DNA from: Tubulanus polymorphus
Lineage: Eukaryota > Animalia > Nemertea
DNA length: 64,000 bases
Assembly (NCBI RefSeq): GCF_964204645.1
Contig: NC_134035.1
Coordinates: 248,001 to 312,000, forward strand
Reading direction: 5' to 3'
The notes under the pieces were generated by a model. That model saw only the letters and a list, made by a program, of their open reading frames with translations, was not told the origin of the DNA and did not search any database. Numbering within the stretch: the stretch's first letter is position 1; every line of letters begins with the position of its first letter. The translations under genes and the position numbers were made by a program. This document shows, one piece after another, positions 14,035 to 25,700 of the stretch.

Positions 14035-14884
14035 TAAGTTGTATTTATTAACTATATTTATCATCGCGTTGTTGAAATCGATTGTGAGTCGCTGTCATTC
14101 AGTGTTTCTAAATACTTCAAACAACCATTTCACTTTCTTCTCTTTCAACAAAATCAATCCAATCCAATGCAATGCTTGGAATGATATAAAACGATTCAAT
14201 GAAATCATTACTGAGGTTCTGTTATAATGTCATTTTCAATGATTACAATTTATACAACATTTTGTGCCGTTTAACTTGAATTTAAGGCCGCAGTCGTTTT
14301 GAGTCTGGGAGAATTTAAATAAAGTACCCAGAAGGATCTCGACTCGAGTCTAAGACATTCTCTAAGATATGTTTTGAAATTCTTGGTTATTTGAGAAGCC
14401 TAAAGGTTAAGGCCTATATTGAGACATAACGCTGATTAGTTAACCCTGAACTAATGTTGTTAGTAGGCCTAGATAATTCTTCCTGTACTGTGTAGGCTAG
14501 GCCTGCCTGGTAGGCCTAGTTTGGGGGACAGGCCCCATATGTCTGGGCCTAATCTGATTATCTTAGGAAAATTGAAAAGAGTTCAGAATCTGTTCAGGCT
14601 ACCAACCCCTACTAGACAGCAACAGCTCCACCTTTGTTGTTGATGGCTATTGTAGGGGTTTTAGTATGTAAGGCTTATGTAAGGGTTTTAGGGCCACTAC
14701 AGATAGTCCTAGAGAGGGTATGGGTAGCGTATAAGCCTATTACCTTTTAGGGTTTCTAAGGAGGCAGTTCAAATTGACAATTTCTTGCCCCCCTCAAATG
14801 CATTTAATCAAAGAATTGATGGGTTGATAATCAGCACGTAGGCCTACTTTATGAACTTAGTCATTTTTGTCTCACTGCAATAAG

Positions 14885-15354
14885 AGAAATGAGTATCAGG
14901 CGTGATACTAGAAATGAGTATCAGGCGTTATACTAGAAATGAGTATCAGGCGCGATACTAGAAATGAGTATCAGGCGTGATACTAGAAATGAGTATCAGG
15001 CGTCGTGATACTAGAAATGAGTATCAGGCGTGATACTAGAAATGAGTATCAGGCGTCGTGATACTAGAAATGAGTATCAGGCGTTATACTAGAAATGAGT
15101 ATCAGGCGCGATACTAGAAATGAGCATCAGGCGTGATACTAGAAATGAGTATCAGGCGTCGTGATACTAGAAATGAGTATCAGGCGTGATACTAGAAATG
15201 AGTATCAGGCGTCGTGATACTAGAAATGAGTATCAGGCGTGATACTAGAAATGAGTATCAGGCGCGATACTAGAAATGAGTATCAGGCGTCGTGATACTA
15301 GAAATGAGTATCAGGCGTGATACTAGAAATGAGTATCAGGCGTGATACTAGAAA
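14885..15354. repeat. 25/28-bp minisatellite with an internal hairpin, ~18 copies
   Basis: Unit AGAAATGAGTATCAGGCG(TCG)TGATACT; AGTATCA pairs with TGATACT. Confidence 0.95.
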
Positions 15355-15428
15355 GTTCAGGTTTTGTATTATGAATGTTGTTAATGTGGTGTAGGGGTAT
15401 TTATATCACCCACGTACTGTACTGCAAG

Positions 15429-15429
<1 letters not shown>

Positions 15430-15498
<69 letters not shown>
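15430..15498. repeat. (CTG)23 microsatellite
   Basis: Pure triplet run. Confidence 0.95.
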
Positions 15499-15500
<2 letters not shown>

Positions 15501-16175
15501 TTGACTCAGTGATTGACCAGAACAGGTGGAACTTTCTTCTACTACGTCTTATTAATAAACAACACTCCTTTTTAATATAAGTAAGAGCGTTCAGTCTGGG
15601 TTCGTGTCAATTTATACCTATAGTCAATTGACTGATTTCATTGAAAGCTACTGACTTTTGAACAGTCATGCGTAGGCTAGGCTAGATCTGCTGATTAGCT
15701 TGTCCGGAATCTATTTTTAGCAGTCCTCTCTAAACACTTCTGTACCCCTGGGGCTGGTTGTGTTGTCACAGTTAGACTTAAAACCGTTCTAAGACCAACT
15801 TAGTTCGATAGCCATCTAACAACTATAGAAAGTGCTTTAAGATTTAAGACCACTTTTGGACTTAATCCACAACTGTGCCACTGGGTGCAGAGTTTTTGTA
15901 AGTTTTACTAGTTTTGAGATCTATCTCAGGATATCTCTCAACTATAGTATGTTCATAAGGGTTTGTGTTGAATCTTGGGTGATTAGGCCTAATACAATAC
16001 ACTACTGAATGCACCTGGCTTAACCTCTTATAAGCTAGTGATAAGTTTGGATACAAGTGTATTTTTTTGCCCAGTTGTGACAATTGAATTTGGCACATGT
16101 AACAATCAGTATTGATATATCGATGGTATAGATAGAATTGATCTCTGACTTAACTGTGGAGATTGAATGGAGTAC

Positions 16176-16497
16176 TGTGTACCATCACCTCAGTACAGGT
16201 GCTAGTATTCAACCAACCGACGACCAGACCACCACAGCGCTGGTGTGTACCGTCACCTCAGTACAGGTGCTAGTATTCAACCAACTGACGACCACGACAG
16301 CACTGGTGTGTACCATCACCTCCGTACAGGTGCTAGTATTCAGTCAACCGACGACCACCACAGCGCTGGTGTGTACTGTCACCTCAGTACAGGTGCTAGT
16401 ATTCAGTCAACTGACGACCACGACAGCACTGGTGTGTACCGTCACCTCAGTAAAGGTGCTAGTATTCAGTCAACCAACGACACCACAGCGCTGGTGT
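16176..16497. repeat. 63-bp minisatellite, ~5 copies
   Basis: GGTGTGTACCGTCACCTCAGTACAGGTGCTAGTATTC... recurs at 16242, 16305, 16368 and 16431. Confidence 0.9.
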
Positions 16498-16862
16498 ATA
16501 TATATGTCGTAGTGTTATGAATTTTGATGTAGAACGTGATGTGTTTTATCAATCAGTAGTAAGTGCACGGTGACCGTTACAGCAGCTCTGATGAGCGAGC
16601 GGTAAAAACTGAGAGAGAGAGAGATCATTAACTCAAGTCGTTTCTTAGTCCATTTACCAGAGTGAGGGAGTCACTAGTCAGTTGCTAGTCAGTCCAGTCT
16701 GCGGCGGTGGCTGCTGCTGCTGTGCTATTAGTAATGAATACCTAATCGGTACAAACCAGTCATCCATCCATCGCAATGGAAATTGTCTATTGTAGCTAAC
16801 AAACATCTTACACTCGGTGGACAAGAGGCATGTGTTAGATTCGACCCAGAACTGACACATCA

Positions 16863-17398
16863 CCCGGTACTGGTACTGTTGTAACCCGGTACTGGTACTG
16901 CTGTAAACCTGGTACTGGTACCGTTGTAAACCCGGTATTGGTACTGTTGTAAACCCGGTACTGGTACTGCTGTAAACCCGGTACTGGTACTGCTGTAAAC
17001 CCGGTACTGGTACTGTTGTAAACCCGGTACTGGTACTGCTGTAAACCCGGTACTGGTACTGTTGTAAACCCGGTACTGGTACTGTTGTAAACCCGGTACT
17101 GGTACTGTTGTAAACCCGGTACTGGTACTGTTGTGAACCCGGTATTGGTACTGTTGTAAACCCGGTACTGGTACTGCTGTAAACCTGGTACTGGTACTGT
17201 TGTAAACCCGGTATTGGTACTGTTGTAAACCCGGTACTGGTACTGCTGTAAACCCGGTACTGGTACTGTTGTAAACCCGGTACTGGTACTGTTGTAAACC
17301 CGGTACTGGTACTGTTGTAAACCCGGTATTGGTACTGTTGTAAACCCGGTACTGGTACTGCTGTAAACCCGGAACTGGTGCCGTTGTAAACCCGGTAT
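16863..17398. repeat. 23-bp minisatellite, ~23 copies
   Basis: Unit AAACCCGGTACTGGTACTGTTGT. Confidence 0.95.
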
Positions 17399-17759
17399 TT
17401 TATGTAATGCTTATGGCACTGTATGATTAGTTAAAGTACTGATGGTGACTACATTTCGTTCTACAATTGCTGTGACACTTTACCCACCGCTGCCGCAGCA
17501 GCAGTGAAGACATTTATATCACCGTTGACAACTGACACTCACTGTTACCGATGTATGTGGTGGTCGTCGTTGTCGCAGTGGTGTATGTCGATTGTTTTCA
17601 TTGATGTAATCAGTGATAGTGGATATTACACAGTATCAGAATCAGAAACTGCACCGTTTGTTCCATCAGTGTCCAGATTCCACAAAGTTTGGAAGTTATC
17701 GCGCAGTGAATTTAAATTTTGATTGAAAGTACTTTTACTCGCGGTCTCTTAGAAATCAG

Positions 17760-17897
17760 GGGCCAGTTGCACAGTCGTGACTTAATTCAAAAAGTGGTCT
17801 TAAATCTTATGACTGGTCTTAAGTTGATAGATTGGCTATAGAACTAAGTTGGTCTTAGACTGGTCTTAAGTCTAAGCCATGACTATGCAACCGGCCC
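17760..17897. mobile_element. ~140-bp MITE, family B
   Basis: TIRs GGGCCAGTTGCA / TGCAACCGGCCC. Copies at ~15749-15885 (reverse), ~49072-49206 (RPL15 intron) and 57170-57308. Confidence 0.8.
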
Positions 17898-18569
17898 CTC
17901 AGGAATCAGTTGCACAAACTAGAACTAGGACCATCTTAGTTCTACTACTTGAGACCAGTCGTAAGATTAAAGACACCATTTTTCGAACTTAAATCATGAC
18001 TACACGATTACTAGGTCCTGATGAGAAGAATGTTAGTCACAGTTGGTGGTGTAATGAATAGATGGCCTCGAGACCGGTTTCTAGAGAAACACTGTGCGCT
18101 GTTTCACAATGAACATATATATGGAATAATGCAGTTGAAGTAGCGTGCTTATCACCGCAAAATACTGAATATAAAATCATGAATATTCAATGATTTATGA
18201 AAGTAGTATTATGTGGTAGTTGACTGCTGCGGTTCATGTACGGCTGACTGCCGTGTCGACTGCTGCCGCGGCGCTGCGCGATTGTCTCATCACACGGGCG
18301 CCGACGACAACCAGATAGATTGTTGCGAATATCGTCACTAACGACCGACAAACTTAGAGCAGATGATTAAGAGACTTTGTCGCTGAGAGGCTGTGATGTG
18401 CGGGAGAGCTGTGTGACCCTCTCTCTCTCTCTCAACTCGTCTCTGTAAAACCACTGTTATAAATGACTGTACTGCAGCACTTGTAGCCAGTGATCAATTA
18501 ACTGTCAGCCCTGAAGCAGTTAGATTATTGTCACCTCTTCCAGTCTTATCTGTACAGATACTGCCCGAG

Positions 18570-18880
18570 TCCTCTCACTCTCCCCTCTCTCCTCTCTTTC
18601 TCCTCTCACTCTCCCCTCTCTCCTCTCTTTCTCCTCTCACTCTCCCCTCTCTCCTCTCTTTCTCCTCTCACTCTCCCCTCTCTTCCTCCCTCTCCCTCTC
18701 ACTTCCCTCTTATCTCACTTTCTCCCCTTACTCTCCTCTCCCTACCCTCGCTCTCTCCTCCCTCTTTCCCTTGTCTACTCTCCCTTTTCCTCTCCCCTCT
18801 CCCTCTTTCTCTCCCCCTCTCCCTCTTTCCCCCTCTTCCTCTCTCCCTCTCCCTCTCCCTCTCTCCTCTCTCTCACTCTC
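18570..18880. repeat. Low-complexity polypyrimidine (CT-rich) tract
   Basis: ~310 nt almost entirely C/T. Confidence 0.9.
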
Positions 18881-19423
18881 TACGGATTAAACATCATATT
18901 TTACGACACGCTCAGTTTTACTGTGAATAATGTTCATCGTACAGAAATCATTTCCAGTGATTTTTTACTCGTTTTATCGCGAACAATTCTTCGATTATTT
19001 TTCGTTCGGATTTCGTTATTTAAAACAAGTTTTATTCGATAGATACTGTTTCCATGGTGATGTAGAACCCGTTTCTTGCACCATTTTAAGTCGAACCTTT
19101 CAAATGTCTTCATCGATAATATAAAAATAATCGTCGAATCAATTGAATTGAATTGAATTGTCTGATTGTTAGTGGTCGCTGTGAACCGCTAAACCTGTTT
19201 CAACCGTTATTCGTTTAGATTGAGTTCAAACCAGTTGATTTTCTAACATGCCCCATCCAACAATTCATGATGATTTTCAATTGTTTTTTTTTTCAGGCTG
19301 TTGTTGTCATGATGTGTTGTTTTTGTTGGTTAACGTTTTCCTGACTTGGGATTATTTTATTTTACAATAATTAAAGAGGTGAGTTCTGTGTGATCTATAT
19401 ATCTGCTGTTAGGTCCTAGATGC

Positions 19424-19710
19424 GTTCACTGTGTCCAGCCCTGTGTGTAGTTCACTGTGTCCAGCCCTGTGTGTAGTTCACCGTGTCCAGCCCTGTGTGT
19501 AGTTCACCGTGTCCAGCCCTGTGTGTAGTTGACTGTGTCCAGCCCTGTGTGTAGTTCACCGTGTCCAGCCCTGTGTGTAGTTCACCGTGTCCAGCCCTGT
19601 GTGTAGTTCACCGTGTCCAGCCCTGTGTGTAGTTCACCGTGTCCAGCCCTGTGTGTAGTTCACTGTGTCCAGCCCTGTGTGTAGTTCACTGTGTCCAGCC
19701 CTGTGTGTAG
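19424..19710. repeat. 26-bp minisatellite, ~11 copies
   Basis: Unit GTTCACYGTGTCCAGCCCTGTGTGTA. Confidence 0.95.
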
Positions 19711-19988
19711 ATGTAATGGAAATTTTGACACTTACATTTGATTACATTGTAATTAAAGGAGACACTGTTAGAACTATAGATAGATAAGTGTAACAGTATT
19801 ATAGATAGATAGAATAGCTGAAGGGCATTCATTCATTCATTCCTTCATTCATTCATTCATTCATTATACAGGGAAATAGCAGGTTCTATGTTAAATTCCT
19901 TGACAGTTAGAAAACACCCCAATAGTCAGAGCACGGTGTATACACTAGATCAGTTCAGTTATTCATACCTCATGATCCGGTTCAAACA

Positions 19989-20037
<49 letters not shown>

Positions 20038-20800
20038 CTTTCATTCTTTGACGAGGTGAATTCAAACAGATTGCTGCATGTTTATTTGTCTAGTACAATG
20101 ACTACGATGTTCTGTATTACCGGGTCAAGGGACTAACGACTACAACCGGGTGGTTACCGCTTTCACCCACCTGCCAACTGGGCAACCACATCGTGACTTA
20201 TGCGATGGATTGTTTTCATAGACATTCCATGAAATCTTGAGAAACTGATTATTGAAGTCTTCATAGTACCCAAGGTGGCTGCCTGTAAATTCATGTTCAT
20301 TTTGGGGCTAGACCTGGTAGGAGCCCCTATGGTCTTCACCTTTCTGTTTTGGCCAGGCTGATGATGGTCGGCCATAAACCAGGTCGATGTTGCCCTGTAC
20401 GACAAGAGTCAGAGATGAAAACCTGGTTGAGTTAGTTATCAGTATTATACGTGAGTTAGGCCACTTGGTCCGCGATGCTGAGCTCATCTCGTAGGCCTAG
20501 CGTGCTTACATTTTATAATACAGATAGTTATAGGTAGTTATAGTTATAGGTAGTTGTAGATAGTTGTGAGTGATGTCAGTGGATTGTGGTATTTGATGAA
20601 TGTTTAATTCTAATGTAACCCTCTCCTCAGTTAAAGAGAGATAGAGAGAGATAGAGAGAATGAACGGCCTTCAACCAGATCATCTACAGTCTATGTGTAC
20701 AAAACAGTTTTCTATGGTTTTCATCTATTACACCACATTTTATATCGTTTCCACAGTCACGTAAATAGTTTACTTCCCTCCTCACGCAAATACTCCAGTA

Positions 20801-21117
20801 CAGTCTGCTAGCTCCTCCGGTCTGCTAACTCCTCCAGTCTGCTAGCTCCTCCAGTCTGCTAACTCCTCCAGTCTGCTAACTCCTCCAGTCTGCTAACTCC
20901 TCCAGTCTGCTAACTCCTGCAGTCTCTGCTAATTCCTGTAATCTGCTAGCTCCTGTAGTCTTCTAATTCCTGCAGTCTCTGCTAACTCCTGTAGTCTGCT
21001 AATTCCTGCAGTCTCTGCTAACTCCTGCAGTCTGCTAATTCCTGCAGTCTCTGCTAACTCCTGCAGTCTGCTAACTCCTGTAGTCTGCTAATTCCTGCAG
21101 TCTCTGCTAATTCCTGC
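20801..21117. repeat. 17-19-bp minisatellite
   Basis: CAGTCT(CT)GCTAAYTCCTS units. Confidence 0.9.
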
Positions 21118-22206
21118 TTGTTTAAACACCAACAATTCATCAAACATTCAACCGGTTTGATTAATAGTATATTTATTCGCTATATTTTGCTTTGATCTAT
21201 CAAAGTTGTGAAGTTTGATCTCGATGTGATAATCTGTATTGAGCTAATAATAAAGTATTAATTTAGTTTTGTTTGATATTTGCGCGGATCGTGATAGTTC
21301 TACTATCCAGTTAGTGTGATGTACTGTGAGAACACAACCTCCTCTTTATTCTCTCTCTCTTCTTTCTCTATAGATCTTCAAATAATTACAATTTATGGCA
21401 TTTTTGTCATGAATGAATCATGTTTTACACCAGATTATCGCGAGCATCGTCGAGTCATTTAGAACCATCTTTTTTGGGCAAAGTTTGGGTTTGGTTCCTT
21501 TGAAACGAGATGATTCATTGGACCAGTCGCTGGGGTATAGTTACTGAGATACACGCCGCTGTATAATAAAAACTGACCGTCTCAATTTCACTAAATTAAA
21601 CTAAAATTTAAGGTTAACTAAATTATAGAAGAGATGAAAAAGATTTAAAAGTAAGGCTTTCTCGCGAAACTGGCTGCGGAAGAAATAGAAAATAATTTTG
21701 TTTTTGACCGATACGGTGAACAGTGCGATATAGACTATGATCAGTTACTCACAGTTTTACCCGGTTTCTACCCTCGCTCTTTGATCGAACTAAAGCTTTT
21801 TGTTTTTCACTGGCGGTTAGTTTTTGATTCTTAGAAAAATCGGCTCGCGGTCCGGGATCAAAGTGTCGATAATTCCATATCTGACCTAGATAACGGATCA
21901 ATTCAACAGAAACCGTCAAAGAGAACACCAACTTCCGTCCCCGACGTTCGTCTCTTGCTGGAATATTTATAGTAAACGTATATATATAACATTAATTTAT
22001 CGGGGTCATTTAAGTAAGACTATTCACTGACTATATAACTGTGTGTGTGTTGTACTTGGTTATTTATTATCTATAAAGTGTATATGAACAGTAATATCAC
22101 AGTACAATATAAGTAAAAGTTCAGGTTTTTTCCTCTCACCGCACACAACACAACACAACTAACTCTCACTGCTCTTACTCTTCCTCAATATCTCCATCTT
22201 TCTTAT

Positions 22207-22780
22207 GGATCCCGCATCACCTCAACCCCTAACCGGCTACTGTGGACACACTTCTCTCTAGGATTATCTCAAACTCTAACCTGCTTGGGATGCCGCAATG
22301 TAGACCAATGTGATACACTTCTCTAGGATTTATATCTGAACCCCTAACGGCTGCTGGGGCACTAGTGTAAACCGATGTGACACACTTCCCTAGGATTTAT
22401 ATCTCAACCCCTAACGGCTGCTGGGGCACCAGTGTAAACCGATGTGACACACTTCCCTAGGATTTATATCTCAACCCCTAACGGCTGCTGGGGCACCAGT
22501 GTAAACCGATGTGACACACTTCCCTAGGATTTATATCTCAACCCCTAACGGCTGCTGGGGCACCAGTGTAAACCGATGTGACACACTTCCCTAGGATTTA
22601 TATCTCAACCCCTAACGGCTGCTGGGGTACCAGTGTAAACCGATGTGACACACTTCCCTAGGATTTATATCTCAACCCCTAACGGCTGCTGGGGCACCAG
22701 TGTAAACCGATGTGACACACTTCTCTCTAGGATTTATATCTCAACCCCTAACGGCTGCTGGGGTACCAGTGTAAACCGAT
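22207..22780. repeat. 67-bp minisatellite, ~7 good plus 2 degenerate copies, each containing a 3' splice-site-like motif
   Basis: Unit GATTTATATCTCAACCCCTAACGGCTGCTGGGGCACCAGTGTAAACCGATGTGACACACTTCCCTAG, starting at 22327, 22394, 22461, 22528, 22595, 22662 and 22731. Confidence 0.92.
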
Positions 22781-22797
22781 GCACCAGTAAAAATGCA

Positions 22798-25700
22798 ATG
22801 TTGCTTTATCAACATGTAGACGCATCTGATACTGAGCAACAAACCGTGCAGTTTGTCGCTCAGAAAGGTATGAATTTTATCTCAGTTCATCAGATTTTGA
22901 GTTTACCAGTTTAGATGCATCTGGAGTGGATATCACGGATGGATGGAGTGTCATCGATCCCGGGTTCATTGGCTCAAATCCTAACAGGTCCGGGCCCGAG
23001 TCGCTGAAAAGTTGGTTAGAGTTAATCAGTGGATAGTTGACATAGTGACGATTACAACTTCACTGTTACGACGGTATTTATCCGTTGGTTTTCTTTAACT
23101 GACATTTTGACCACCACCGGGCCTCTGACGACGCCGTCAACAAACAGCAGCCGTCACGGTTACTGTTATTACAACATCAAACAATTCACCGAATTCTAAA
23201 CATCAAACACACAAAAAACAAGACACGTTTTTATCGTTTGAAGTTTGTTTTTTACGAGGAAGAAAATTTTATGAAGAATTTGACCTCGTGAAATTTTTGA
23301 AATGAAGTGAAACTGCAGACATCGTCGATCTGGTTTAACCTACTGATTCATAGATATTGTAGTCTGCTATTAGAGAGGTTGTCCGCTATTAGAGAGGTCG
23401 TCCGCTATTAGAGAGGTTGTCCGCTATTAGAGAGGTCGTCCGCTATTAGAGAGGTCGTCCGCTATTAGAGAGGTTGTCCGCTATTAGAGAGGTTGTCCGC
23501 TATTAGAGAGGTTGTCCGCTATTAGAGAGGTTGTCCGCTATTAGAGAGGTCGTCCGCTATTAGAGAGGTCGTCCGCTATTAGAGAGGTCGCTTCTGTTGT
23601 TGATATCGACAGATGGACAGATGGAGAGCAGCTTCTCGCGATAATATCATCATTCGAGGAGTCGATGACTCAAACGACTCAACGACTGACGACTCAAAAT
23701 GACTCCGTCTCTCCGAGTAATTGTTGTTTATACGGATTATGATCCCGACGTTTTGATATTTATCAATAATCTGATAATATCCGTCAAAATCTCATCTCAT
23801 CTCGCTCAGTTTCTCGCTGATGATAGGTTGTGTATAAAGATTCGAGAATTGTTGTTGTCGTTGGAGACAATACCTGGCCATGTGTTGCTAGCCTACGGCA
23901 GTCGTCGTGACGATGATTCTATTGTTGGTTGTAAATCGGTTGTTTTACGCAGTTTTGAGTGGGCTGACTGATGAAACCGGTGCACGCGCTGTTCGAATAA
24001 ACTAATGAACCATGAGTGTAAAAAATGGCTCGAAAATTATCTTTGAAATCGTTTGTCCGGAAAGCGTTGTAATATTACAGTCCTGTATCATCCAGAAACC
24101 CGAGGGGCTCTAATACTAAACTTACGCATTTGCGTCTAGAAGATTCTTCAGTAAATTCTTATAGATTTGTGTATGATTCTCTGATTACAGCTCACCTCGA
24201 GGTCCCGTTACATCCAAAACCTCCTGCACCCTATTCTTCAATAACTACAATAGATAGTTTTCTACTCATTTCAGGTGCTGGCCAACAACTTGATGCAATG
24301 TTGGACCTTCCATATTTGATGCACTTTTTGCACATTCATCGGCCAAAGTTCAAGTTTATCAAGTTGACGATAAGGGTAAGTTTATACAGAGAAACTAGAC
24401 AGATAGAGTAGAGAGAGGAGAGAGAGGTGTTTATCAGTTTGTGACCCACACATCACACACTCATCAGCTGTTAGTACTGATCATATAGAAAAAAACAACT
24501 CTAGAAAACTGTAGTTTATCATTTACCAATGAGAGGTGTCTGACTGTATACAGCGAGAGGCCTCTGTGGGCAGCTGAACCGATGATCACTAACCGTGTAG
24601 AATAGATTGGATTAGCACCTGTAAAACTGGTTATTGTTGATTCATCGATGGATTATTGAGAGAGATTGAGATTCGATCAGAATCTGGATACATATCCATC
24701 GACTATTAGACTATATCAGTGTATCTCTGGATGAATCGGTTAGTGTTGTTAGGATTCATGGATTATTCACTATGAGCATCTTAATCAGCAGCAGTAGCAG
24801 CAGCAGCAGCAGCCGCAGTGTGTAAACTAGAGTTTTCTCTGCCATTATTCTGTGAGTTAGAGTAACTGTGTAAAAGTTTTACAACTCCAGATGTTACTTG
24901 CACTCACCTTATGAGAGATATAAAAATTCTATCTTTGATTTCTCATATTCTGGGGTCAGTTGCTGCTCAATGCCGTAGTAAATACTCTACAGGACTATAG
25001 ATTTAGAACATTGAAAATGAATCTCGCAACTGCGGTACCGGGCCCTGGGCCCAGTTTCACAAAATAGTTTAACTCTAATTTTTGGTGTAATTGCCATTGG
25101 TTACGTCATGTTTTCAATGAGGACAACAATTCAAACTTAACCGTTTTAGGCTTAAACTTTTTCGTGAAACTGGGCCCTGGTATTAGTCTGGCTGTTAAGT
25201 CTTTTGAGCAACTAACCCAGGCCCCAGTTCCATAGTTCTGGGTTGAGTTAAGATAGGTTTGTTGTTTAACCGATGTACTGATGAACTGAGTCCAGTAGAA
25301 CTAACGCAGACTGCTGCTCCATTCTCATAGTACACTAACAGGATGTATCACTCGGTTTATAGGTCGCAGTTTTATAACATTGAAACTTTTCTGGAAAAAA
25401 ATCAAAGAACTATTCTGAAACCACTTGAACATTCGTTAAAAACTCTAGGTCTGGTTCATCGTGTCAGACTCTTAGATAGATAAGACTAAACCGAGCTTAT
25501 TTTCATCCAGTTGTACAGATAAGATGAAACCGGACCCAGTAGAGTTGGCTATTTACACATGTCATTGGTTTCTTTGTAGAAATATGAGTCAGTTTGATGG
25601 ATTTGAAATATATCCGTAAAATTGACTCACAGCAGCGTGGTGCTGTCGCTGTCTGATTGACCTACTCACTGAATACAGGGACAGCGTGGTGCTGTCGCTG

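Noticed and set aside
16138-16520. ORFs of 124 and 91 aa
   Set aside because: Translations of the 63-bp minisatellite.
18528-18890. Ser/Pro/Leu-rich ORF, and similar ORFs at 46578-46958 and 52994-53379
   Set aside because: Low-complexity purine/pyrimidine tracts.
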